Source: Marsupella aquatica (taxonomy: Eukaryota; Plantae; Marchantiophyta). Taken from it: a stretch of DNA of 64,000 nucleotides. Both the position numbers and the translations under genes were made by a program. The stretch covers positions 15,058,861 through 15,122,860 of the forward strand of contig OZ316892.1 of assembly GCA_973895155.1 (NCBI GenBank), given 5' to 3'. This document shows, one piece after another, positions 48,847 to 60,883 of the stretch. Numbering within the stretch: the stretch's first letter is position 1; the number at the start of each line of letters is the position of its first letter. The notes below the pieces were generated by a model. The model saw only the letters and a program-made list of their open reading frames with translations, made no database searches and was not told where the DNA came from.

Positions 48847-51021
48847 TTGATCCAAGCAGTCCAACGAGGTTAGATCATTCGCTGTAGGTGTGGAAAACTA
48901 GAAAGAGACGTCGTGCTTCTCTCGACCTGGTCGACCAGGAATTTAGGCGCGAAATTCACCGTAAGCCTTCAAGAAGCATACTAAGAGTTTCTCTCGAAGA
49001 TGGTATTGAGTCCAGGTGCTCAACACGAGGTAATTCGCAACAGAGCTCTCGAATGTTGGGCCAGAATGATAATCCTCGCGCCAAAACGATCACTGTTGCC
49101 GATACTTGAAGTGGCGAGCTGTGCAATTTCATCTGAAATGCCCTGACTGCAAGAATTATCTCCACAGAGCACTGAGCTTCGGCAGAAAAACCTAGCGGAT
49201 CTCCAACTCCGTGAATCCTGCCCGCCTGACTTCAGACCGTTCACCACTCACACGTCCCAGCGCGGACTTGTCCTTAAATAGCAATGTAGTGACGCTCGAT
49301 ACACACTCCCGGTGATTCCCCTAAGTCCAAGACTCCTACGATCGTGCTACAAAACCACTCGTCGCCAACAATCCTCGCAGGCGCAGGTGCAGCCAATCCT
49401 TATCCCGTTGCTCCACAGAATTTTCCCTCCTGGACACCAAATTGGCGCTCACCCAAGTTCCAGAGAATGCTGAGCTCTATCTATCCACTGATTCTGCCTC
49501 CGCCACGAAACAGTTTGTTCTCTCGACCAAATCCTCGTCTCTGCTCCTCAGCCACGCCGCTATGCTGCTCCTCAGCGATCTCTCCGAATACGCGCGCGCA
49601 GAATTGTGCACACCTCGATATGATTCTCGCTGAACTGAACACGAAGAACAAGTAGGCACAAGAACTGACAACGACGAACGAACGAAGAAGAAAAAAGGTC
49701 GACGAAAGTCGAACGACAAGACAGTGTTGCAGCTCCGTGCTCAGAGCTCGACAGACAGCGGAAAGACAGATCCCGCTCGTGTAAAGATAAAATCAAACCG
49801 GGTAAATCATGGAACCGCGAGATAAAGACAGAATACAAGAACTTCCGATATTAATTCCTGGTCCGCTACAAGATTCGAGGAAAAATACTCAACACTTCAC
49901 GGGAAACACAACGTCCTCCAACGAAAAACACAAAAACAAACCTACTCGACAGTCCGATCACGATCTGTACGGATATCTCCAAGCATTATTTTCCGTCAGA
50001 TCATCATCTCCAACGGCTCCGATCACCCGTTCAATGCTGACCATATCGCCTCTTTGATTTATCACTCACTGTGCGCAGTTCTTGTGCCACACGCGGTTCT
50101 GGATCGCGAACGCCTTTATTTACTACAGCTAATACCGATAATTATTGGTATTATTATTGTTATTCTTATTATATTAGGCACTCTGTCGCACCTGGCCAAC
50201 GAAGCCGAGAACCGCGTGACAGCCATGACCGGCAACCCGCTACCCCACCGGTGGACAAAAGATCTCTCACGACAACGGACTTATCTACAAACAAGACCGT
50301 ATCCGTCTCTGCCAATCCAACAAACCCTCCACCTGTTTCTTCCATACTATCTCCTAAAAACCTTACTGCAGCTTACTACTGTAGGACCTCCGAGGGGACT
50401 TATTACCTCCGTGGGTATACGAGACCTTTCACTGCCGAAGAATACGCACTACAACTAGATTCAGTGATCCAAACACGATATCGCTTGTTTGGTCCTAGGC
50501 TAGTTTTCGACCGCCCAACCTCTCCGGAATTTAGACCCGTCCCCGTTATTACCGCGAGATGGCACACGCGCTGGTCGCCAGGATTTCTGGGATTCGAGGG
50601 GTGCCCGCGATCGGGCGGGTGGAAAAAAACAGTGCCGTACTGTACCATTACAAAAAGGGAATTTCAGTCCATGGTACGTGAAGGCACTGATTTTTAATCT
50701 TTGTGTCTTGAACTTCATTTAATATTATTTAATGGTTTATGATCATGCAGACCTGCATCCACATTCTGCCTTCTTCCCAGGGGGGTTCTTTAGCCATGGG
50801 ATAACTTGGCCGTTTTACGATCGAAGGGCTATGAAGTCAGATGTACTGCCCAAATAATTAGATGTCAAAAAATGCTGAGTTGTTTTTCAAACCTGGAGAC
50901 ACGGATATCCCAAAGTTGGAAGTGCTCACGTTACAATACGGTAGAGTAATGTTGCCCCTACTTTAATTACAGGTTTAGTCCACTAGATTTGATTTTTTCA
51001 TGATAATGACAATTTTACGTT

Positions 51022-51420
51022 TCATCTAAACACTCGTGAATTGAACACAAATTGTTGTTGTTGCTTGAAAGATGTTAACTTACATAATATGTTTGTGTAA
51101 TGTATATATATTGTTGTGCACAAGAGGTTGTTGAGTAAAGCATATCCCAAAATTATTGATGTGGAGGAGAAGATGTTCCAAAAAGAAATTGTTGCTGGAA
51201 AGATATCTTTGAATAAAAGGGATTGTTTCACAAAAGAGATGGTTGCCTTAAGGGTTTCATTGTGTAAAAGACATCATTGCATAAAATATATCATTTCAAA
51301 AGAGATTTTGCTGAGGAAAAAGATGTTATGTAAAAACAGTTGTTAGGTAGAAGAGGTAGTTGCATAAACAATATTATTGCATTTAGTGTTTCATTGTGTG
51401 AAAGATGCCATTACTCTTTT
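51022..51420 (-). repeat. Degenerate Helitron-family minisatellite remnant
   Basis: Repeating aaagatgtt/gttgtt units similar to 11040-11370 and 15540-15780. Confidence 0.4.
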
Positions 51421-52072
51421 CACTTAAGTAGAGAAGCTCATCAAATATTTATGGTCAGCTTTGTGCATAGCTGGAAGTAAATATTTATCTTTGTAGAACA
51501 TGTTGCTCTTGAAAAAGAAAAGTACAATTAACCATGACTAAAACTAACTACCATCCCATTTTGCGGCATACAAAATTATTAATATTATGCACAGATCCTC
51601 CACAAAGAGGCATATCAGTATGGTACATGCATGACCTTTGAAATACCCTTAGACTGATACATGAAATTGAGGCATGAACCCTTAGAATTACAGTAGTATG
51701 AAATTGAGGCATGAGCCCTTAGAATTGAGATTGTCCTGCAGTGGAGAACTTAGTTGCTTTGTGTTTATCCAAGCTCAAAGTGAGGCAGGGAAAGATCTGA
51801 GCAGAAGTTTTTCAATTTCAGTTCTTTGGGCAGGAGATGTGTGCAACAGGAAAAAGCAAACGAAGCATATGTCTCCAGAAGCATATGTCTCCAATTCTCA
51901 GTTTTCAAGGAATGAGATGTGTGCCCAACGAAAGAGAAAGCCAGGCAAAGAGTAGAGCCTTTTAACTTTTCAGTTTTCTGGGCAGATCTATTTGGGCTTT
52001 CAGAAGAAGTGGCAAAATGTCTACAGTTACTATAGTTAATTACTTAGTCAAACAAAGTCAACTGCTTGGTGA

Positions 52073-52360
52073 CACTTAGATATGCTACTAGCTACTATTA
52101 TTATTCACTAGCCAGGACGACTTAGTTTGGTAGTGGAACTTAGGCTCATGGTTATGGAGCCTCTTCAGAGACAGGGAGAGCTTCCTAGTTCATGGGGACT
52201 CGCTGTGGCCAATGAGCTTCATTAAATTTTTATTGTGTGTTTCCGTGCACATAGTCTCTGGTGAAATGAACCATGTATCTCTTGTTTTTTATTACTGGTG
52301 TTTTCATTGCACATTGCACATGTGCATGCTCTCTTATGAGTAGTGTTTGTCTACTCAACA
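52073..52360 (+). mobile_element. Old degenerate solo LTR related to the Copia family
   Basis: Starts ..ttagatatgctactag and ends tgtctactcaaca; internal gaaccatgtatctc motif shared with the family. Confidence 0.55.
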
Positions 52361-52380
52361 AATATGCCGGTTCTTCTACA

Positions 52381-52687
52381 TGTTAGGCACTTACTCTTAG
52401 TTATAGTCTAACTACTGGAGCCATAGTTAGGCTAGCTAGCCATAGTTGCAGACGTGGTTAAGTTAGCTGTCGTGCATACTATATACGTATGCAAGTGTTC
52501 GCTTGTGTGAGAAATTCACATTCATTGTTACAAAACCACTTGAGAGATAAAAAGAACTTGTGTTGTGTTGTGGAGACTTTGTTCTCATGGAATAGCCTCA
52601 TATGAACCACATATCTCTTGTTCTTTAGTACTTGTTCATTGGATGGTTCCATGTGCATGTTGTCCTGAGCATTGTCTTTGCTCAACA
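52381..52687 (+). mobile_element. Solo LTR, Copia-related
   Basis: TGTTAGGCAC...GCTCAACA; TSD CTACA/CTACC. Confidence 0.85.
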
Positions 52688-52751
52688 CTACCAAAGGTAC
52701 TTGAGTTTAAAAAAAGGTTCATAGTTACCTTTGGCATATAGTGGCCTGGCT

Positions 52752-53070
52752 TGTTAGGCATTTACTCTTAGGTCTAGGCTTACGATTGTAACTGTAGTTA
52801 GGGTTGATGTCAGTCATGGACTAGGTTAGGTTAACTAGGTTGCACACTATATCCCAAGCGGTACGTGTTTGCTTGGATAGATGGAACTCACGGTCATTGT
52901 TACAGAGCCAATTGAGAGATGGGAAGATCTTATATTGCGGAGACTCGATATGATGGATGTAGCCTCAACTGAGGTAAATCATGTATCTCTATGTGTCAAC
53001 TATTTGTGCGTTGAATAGTTCCCGGAATGGTTGATGGGCTTGCCATTGTGAATGTCATCTTTGCTCAACA
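52752..53070 (+). mobile_element. Solo LTR, Copia-related
   Basis: TGTTAGGCAT...GCTCAACA; perfect TSD TGGCT. Confidence 0.9.
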
Positions 53071-53417
53071 TGGCTTATATACTTGAAAATAAAAGAAGAA
53101 GTGAAAAGGTTTGCTGGTCAAACAGCTGGGCATCTCTTTGTGTATCCGGGTTGTGTTGGCCCAATAGCATCTTGTCAGATGTTGAAGTCCATTTGGGCTG
53201 TAATTCCTTGTGTTCCCCCATTTTATTTCCCACCAAAATCAATACATGCAATATTTAAGTGTGAATATTTATGATAAATTTTGAAATTGGATGCTCTTGA
53301 GCCTAATGACCTTGGGCATCTCACTTCCTCAAAAATGACACATCACATGCAACCAAACATAAGATCAATTTATTGGTTCTAAGGGAATACTTAAATTTTA
53401 CATATATGGAAAAATAT

Positions 53418-53769
53418 TGTTAGGCATTTACTCTTAGGTCAAGGGTTACAATTGTAACCATAGTTAGGACTGACCTCAGTCTTGGACTAGGTTAATTAGA
53501 TTAACTATGTTGCACATTATATCTCAAACGGTGCTTGCTTGGATAAGAGGAACTCAGGTTTATTGTTACTAAACCAACTGAGAGATAGGAAGATCTTGTA
53601 TTGCGAAGACTCACTATGGTCGACGGGCCTAGAGTGCAGTAAAGCTCTCGTGTGTTCCTATGGACGTAGACTCAACTGAGGTGAACCACGTATCTATCTA
53701 TGTCAATTTACTTGACTGTGCGTTGGATGATTATGGGCTTGCTGTTGTGAATGTCATCTTTGTTCAACA
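53418..53769 (+). mobile_element. Solo LTR, Copia-related
   Basis: TGTTAGGCAT...GTTCAACA; perfect TSD AATAT; shares ggcctagagtgcagtaaagctc with the 344-bp LTR. Confidence 0.9.
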
Positions 53770-54851
53770 AATATTAGGGTATTTTAAATCTAATTTTGAG
53801 ACATATAAGAAAATGTGTGGTTTTTAAAACAAATTTTTGGAATGTACCAAGAATATTTTTAATTAATAGGTGTAAACACATTTTAATTTATTTCAAGGTC
53901 GATCCGCAAGCATAACACGTCGCATGTGATATGGGGGGCTCCACATAGTGAGATTCCCAAGCAAGTGACACAACAAGATACACAGAGAGGTGATCAAGCC
54001 TCATCAACTGCAAGTGCTCCATAAAATTCCAATTATACAGCTAATTAATCAATAGTTGTTATGAATTCTTGGATTTCACTCTGTTGGGAGTGTAGGGTAC
54101 CCCGGGAACACAATGGTCTGGCAAGGTGCTTGGAGTGATCCCATAACCCAAATAGATACAATCCAAACATCAAAATATATGTTCAAAGCACTATTTATTG
54201 TTTTTCAGAGTACCTCATCCTTTTCTGTTACTTTAGTTTGATTGTGTCCATCCTAGTCTCCAGAAGTACCCATTATGTGCAGGACAGCTTTTTTAAACTG
54301 TGCTCTAAACATAAGTCTAATCTCCCAACCTACGATAGTCCAAAAGTTAACACCAGGCTGGTGTCCAAGATTTTGCTTTTTTAGTGTAGGTTCAAATAGT
54401 ACTTCTTTTAGGTTACTCATTGGATTCAAGAATAGAACTAGTTCAACCTTGGAAAATATTCATTAAGGGTGGCTTTACACAAGGTTTGGGGCACTCAGGA
54501 CTTTTTTCATCAAAGCAAACTGGGCTCTGTTTAGAACAAGAAGTGGCAACTCTGACTGAACTTTCAATAAATGACACTTCTGAATGAACTTAAAATAACT
54601 GAAAATCCCTTGAATGAAGGAGTCCACAAGTTTGGAAATGTTTAGATCACCTCCAAACCTGGTCTAAGATTCTAGACAAAATAAGCACCCCTCCACATAA
54701 GCATTGACTCGGGCTTCTGTTGGCCATCTAGGATCCGTAGACACCATGACGTCAAATGGGTTCTTTTAAAGCCAATTGCAACCAATTGCAAGCATTCCAC
54801 TCATTATGCTTCCAGATTTAATCTTGAAGGTAATTAATAGAAGGCAATTGC

Positions 54852-55085
54852 CCGGGACTACTTGTAACGCCATCCTTACAAACATAGCATACAGACGAGG
54901 GAGATAAAAAAATGATAGTTTTTGTTGAGTCTGGCATGCATTTCAGTGTTATCTTCTTCATTTGTGAGGTTTGCACGGGACTACTTGTAACATCACCCTT
55001 AAAAACATAGCATACAGAATAGGGAGATAAAAAATGATAGTTTTTGTCGAGTTTGACATGCATCCAGTGTTATCTTCTTCATTTT
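54852..55085. repeat. ~124-bp direct duplication x2
   Basis: cgggactacttgtaac...cagtgttatcttcttcattt at 54852 and ~54977. Confidence 0.85.
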
Positions 55086-56207
55086 TTTAGTTACAGACTC
55101 CCATAGAAAGTTCCTTCTAAAATTCCTGGAAGCACGTGCAGCCACATCAGCACTAATGGTCACAAAAAAGAATGGTTTGTTATGCAAAAAGCACCAAACA
55201 AGATTATGTATGTTTGAAACAAGTCAAAGAAAAACAGTTAGACCTTGTAAATGTAAAAACAATTGGAATTAAACTGAAAATTAACATTTCAAATAAACAA
55301 AGAAAGGAGTGGAAAGTGGATAAAAGAAAATAACCTTTGGATGGATTGTGATTGATATATCAGTGTTTTCCAAATAGATTATATGAGTTTTCTATTTAAT
55401 TAGCAATTTTTGAGAATAACCATGGATAAAAACTCTTCAACTACTATAACATTTACCAAGGTAATGTAAAAAACCATATATCTGCTTACTATGGAAAAAG
55501 GAACACCAAGGGAACATAAGAAACTCTTTGACTACTATCGATAAAGGAATACCAAAGGATTGTAATTAAGAAAACCTTTGGTTTCTATAGCATTTTGCAT
55601 GGACTCTATGTACATAGTGTTGGAAATCTGGCGTTTCCTTTTGATTGCGCTTCCAAGTGCTAATGTAAATGTTGTACTGTCTTTTACCTCACTCCACTAT
55701 CTCTGGTATTCACAGGAGCATTCTCCCTATTATTAGTGTGATTATTCATCTGTTACCAGTAACGTTAGCTCAAGGACCATCGATCTGCCGTTCGCTGGTA
55801 TCCCTTTCTTGTTTACGTTACTTTATGATTCTGTATATATGCTAACGCATTCGCTGTATTCACCATTCATTTGAGAATCAATCAACATTCCTAGAAAGTT
55901 TATACATAGAAGTACCAAGGGAATGTTGTGCATGCACTTCTTACTTGAATAAGCTTCTTGGTTTTTTCTCTCATTTCCACATTCAAACCTATTCCAATCT
56001 ACATCTATTCATGCTTTTCTAACTTAGCTGTTGAATAACATCAAAACTTAATAACCAAGGGGTCTTCTAACTAATTTTGCACTTGCTTTTCGTTTTCCTT
56101 GTTTAGTGTTTGTCCTCTTTGGGGCCGCTTTTCTTTATGGGTCCAGTTAGAGACTTCTGTAAATCTGAAAATTCTGTCAAAATTCCACGTCACCCTGTAA
56201 ATATCCA

Positions 56208-56455
56208 GCCATTAGATGGTTTGAATCCAACCATCTACATCCATTTTGTGTGTGAAGACTCGTGTGAAGGCTTGTGTGGCCTCTCAACTGAAAATGAGCT
56301 TTCCTACCATTAGATGTTATGAATCCAACCATCCAGATTCATTTTGTGTGTGAATACTCGTGTGGTCTCTTAGCTCAAAATGAACTTTTACACCATTAGA
56401 TGTTTTGAATCCAATGATCTATGTTGCTTTTGTGTATGAAACCTCGTGTGAAGAG
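56208..56455. repeat. ~85-100-bp tandem repeat x3
   Basis: ccattagatg..tgaatccaa..atc..ttttgtgtgtgaa..ctcgtgtg occurs three times. Confidence 0.8.
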
Positions 56456-56939
56456 TAATGTCACTTCTCGACACAAACAACTCTATTAAACTAAACCTAT
56501 CCATGCTTGGATGTTGACATAACTAGATTATGACGTTTATGGTGCCTAAGGAATAAGAAGAACTTGGGGAGTAGGTCGGCTTTGAAAAAAATCAATATTT
56601 GAGAAATCTCCAGCTTGGGTATTAGGTATATTTTAAAAGGCAATTTAATTGCAATAAAATAAACTAAATAAAGCTTTGTAAGCAACATATAAAGCATTCT
56701 CTCAACCTCTTGACGCCATACAAGTAAAATGGGAAAGAATATTAGAAATATAAATAGGGGTGAAAAATCATGAGGAAGGTGGGGTGAATAAGTGAGGGTT
56801 TGGTCATGGGAAACTTACATTGAAGTTTAATGCAAGGATTATTACAATGTTAACATGTGGAAGGGTCTAGCTATGAAAATATTGTTTTGAAGTGGTATTG
56901 AATGTTAGATTTTTGGAATGTAAACTCTAGAGTATTATA

Positions 56940-57650
56940 ACCTTGTTTTTAAGTTACAACTTCAGTTGACAAACAATACTCAAACCCTTGAATATATGTG
57001 TACCAATTGCTTTAACTTATGACCTTATTGATTTTGAAGTTACAAATGGGATCAAACATTATAAAGACCCTTGTAGATGTGTGTACCAAAATGCCTTGAC
57101 TTGAATTGTAACCTTCCTGGATAACCTAATTTTGATTTTGAAGTTACAACTAGGGTCAAGCAGTACACTAACCCTTGTAGATGTGTGTACCATAATGTCT
57201 TAACTTGTAGTTACCTTGTATTCATTTTATAAGTTATAACTGGGGTCAAACAGTACACCTACCCTTGTAGATGTGTGTACCAGAATGCCTTAACTTGTAA
57301 CTTTATATTGATTTTGAAATTACAAATGGGGTCAAACAATACACCGACCCTTGCGGATGTGTGTATCAGAATGCCTTAACTTGTAACCTTATATTGATTT
57401 TATAAGTTATAGTTGGGGTCAAACAGTACACCGACCCTTGCAGATATGTATACCATGATGCGTTAACTTGTAACTTTATATTGATTTTGAAGTTACAACT
57501 GGGGTCAAACAATACACCGACCCTTGCGGATGTGTGTACCAGAATGCCTTAACTTGTAACCTTATATTGATTTTGAAGTTACAATTAGGGTAGAACATTA
57601 CACCAACCTTTGCATATGTGTGTACTATAGTTTATTGCCTTAACTTGAAT
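56940..57650. repeat. ~86-bp tandem repeat, about 8 copies
   Basis: Unit ttgattttgaagttacaactggggtcaaacaatacaccgacccttgcggatgtgtgtaccagaatgccttaacttgtaaccttata (e.g. 57481-57566). Confidence 0.92.
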
Positions 57651-60600
57651 AATATGATATGGACCTTATAATTATAGTACCCGATTGATAATAAACTTAA
57701 GTGAATAATTTTAGGTACAAAGAGCTAACTTCTCCATTTTTGGAATCCAACAAAGGGCAAATTTCACTTTCTTAATATGTAATGCTCTGATAAGATAACC
57801 ATAACAATATGAAACAAGATTACAAAAGACTTATCTACCTACCAAGAGCATTGCTTTCTACAAATAAATTGCAAATTACAATTACTTATAGTTTTGTTAA
57901 GATTGCATAAATCTATTGTGTTGATTCAAATAAAAGCTCTAAGTGTTGTGGCAAATAATTAATATACTAATATTTACACATCCATATATGATAATGCTAC
58001 AAAATTTTAGCTAATCTGATAATTTATTTGAAAAAAAACACTATTATGATAAATATTACATAAGTAAAAATTAGATTTTAAAGTATAGATAGATTCCATG
58101 CTTGATTTAGCTTTATGAGTTAACAACTTTAACAATCACATTTATTCAACAAGGAACAAAGAGAGAAATAAACCTCTATTTCAAGCTTAGATGATAGCTT
58201 GGGATTGTTTCTTAGTGATGCCAAAATTTGTCTACAAACTCACACAAAATTGCTCATGTCAATTGAATGGACAAAATATCAAGTCACTTCACAAATAACA
58301 AATAAACACAAATTCTAGTCATAAAAAACATGCACTGATATAAACATTTACCTTGATGGTCGTCACCATGAGAAATCTTAAAAAAATATCTTGTATGCCA
58401 CTTGAGTGTAGCTCTCCTAGGCCTTATTCAAACATATTCCTTGAATACACACCAAAAAAATCATAACTATAATATCAAAACTCACTTGCACATTCAAGAC
58501 TAATCAACTATTCTCAAAAAATTAAACTATTCTATTATTATAAAATCTCTACAAAAATAAGGCTATGACTTTCTATTGATTAGTAAAACATACATTTAAA
58601 ATACAGAAATGAAATTAGTATGTTTCTTTTCTCATGAAGGTGCTTGTATATAAAGTTACTTTCTTCCCAACATGATCATTATGATTCTACACTTATGGGT
58701 TTTTTCTTTGTTTCCATTTGCCATTAAAATTGATGAGAATTTTGTTTTTATCATTACTAAACAAATCATGATGAATAAATTACACTTTCCAAACAAAAAG
58801 TATACTTGTCTCCCCACAAAACAATTAAAAAACTAATGCTATAAATAGTTTTTGAGTTTATGAATTTGTTTGTTAGTGATGTCAACTTTTATTATGCAAA
58901 CTTCAAATACTTTTAAAAACATCTCATAATTTTATAGACAAGTCCAATGCATAATTATCCATTGCACCAAAACATTGCAAGACAATGAAGTGCAGATGAT
59001 TGCCTAGCTCCTTGCCTCCAAGATAGTTTGTTGCTCACCCTTGTGATGAATAATTTGTCACTCGAACAAGCCAGATGATTGCTACAGTGAGGAGTTGCAA
59101 TGTGAATTACATAGAGAGGTGAAATGAACATGAGAGAGGTGGAGACAAACAAAGGATGACAATATTAAGTAGCACGCTAAAAACTCCTTCCAAATTCTTG
59201 GCACTGTATTTGGACACATCATAGAGTTTTGGCAGACTTGATAACCAGGAAAGACCAAAAAAGAGAATTAGTAAAACAAAAAAATACAATATTATCAATG
59301 TGTTAAAAAAATTGAGTTGGACCCACATACTAGTTACTCTCATTATAATTTGTTTTCTCTTAATATTATAAATATTGGTGGAAGTTCTCTATTCATTGTC
59401 CTTTTAGCCAAATACAAAAACTTGAATTGGTTCAAGCGGACCTCCAACAGTACTGCGAGTTCTCGGCAAAGCTTTTCAATTTTGAGTCAACGAGTTCGTT
59501 AGATTGGGATTTCGCCAGGCCCTCGCAGGAGAACAAGGTCTCCCCTGTCAAAGGTGTCATTTGTACTGTACTAAGCCGAAGAAACGAAAATCTCCCACGT
59601 TCTCACGTTCTATCCTACTGAGGAAGACTCGTCTCATCTCATCTCGAGGTATGTCGTCGATATTGCTTTCCGTGGCTCTCAATCCTGAAAGTGTACGTAA
59701 TGCTTCGAAGTGGGTGATAATGATTATATGACCGGGTGAAGGTGGATTTATCGGTAGGATGTAGTCCACCTTTCACTCAATTTTCTTTCCCGCGAAACAG
59801 TTTCCTTGAAAGATGATTCATCAGCAAGCCAGCTGAGGAGGATATGATATGAGTCGGAGGACCCCCTCATATTCGGAAGAACTCGCTTCCGCCCGGCCGG
59901 ATCGAGTGGAGACGAGATGAGATGAGAGGCGGGGGTTTTGCTTTCTAGCATTGGCATGCCTGGCATCAAGTTCCCGACAGACCCTACTGTACTTCTTCAA
60001 TACCGAACCACACCGAGTGAGGCGAATCTGCAACGTTGAACCACACTACTGCTGCCTCATAGACTTCGGCTACGAATAGTATAGGGTAAAGCGCAAGAGC
60101 CTTAGTGCTTTCTGACGTGATCGCAAGCACCTCCCAGAACGTACTCATCGTATACCCTAACTAGATTATCCCTTTCATCTACAGTATATCCCGGATAGTT
60201 TCGCGTCGTCTCTGAAAGTTGTCGAAAGCCTCACCGTGCCAAATGCACTGTCTTGGATCTCACGAGCCTGGCTCGCACTATGATACTCCAGGATGTTACA
60301 TTGATGACTATCTACGTGCAGAAATGAAATGTACTTTTCAGCAGGATTTCGCCTCTTCACATAAAACACTCTCTTGCAGTTGAGAAGCTCAAACTGACCT
60401 AGTATGAGCTTAGTGCTTGACTGATATCCAACCTGAAAGATTACCAAGTTCTGAGCTTAGCCGAGTACATGTGACAGCTCCCGAGCACTATGTAAGAGTT
60501 CATATCTAGCAAGTTGACGGAGCTAGAACAACCCATGAAAAGAATGGACACTGTTGAGTAAACAATTCTATAACATGATTATAACTTTTACTGAGAGAGA

Positions 60601-60883
60601 TACTTCTACAATATAAACTTGGCGGATGTCTTTCAAGCGTTCACATCTACAGCACAACAATCTCAAAAAGTTGCAATCCATCTTTAGTTCTCAGTCTAGT
60701 AATTGTGCATTTCAGAGTCATTCACTTTATAATCGGCAGCATAAGGGCTTATCACATTGAATAATCCATTCGTTGATGATTCTTTACAAAAGAGTCCAAG
60801 AAATTGGAGAGGATGCGGCCTCTAAAAACGAATTGCAGCTTGAATTTAAAATGGTGACCTGGTCATTAAATTATGGCCGACAG

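Noticed and set aside
54040-54800. Possible decayed TE coding fragment on the - strand
   Set aside because: No diagnostic motif could be reconstructed.
56940-57650. CRISPR-like array (regular palindromic repeats)
   Set aside because: Whole units repeat with no unique spacers, there are no cas genes, and the context is eukaryotic.
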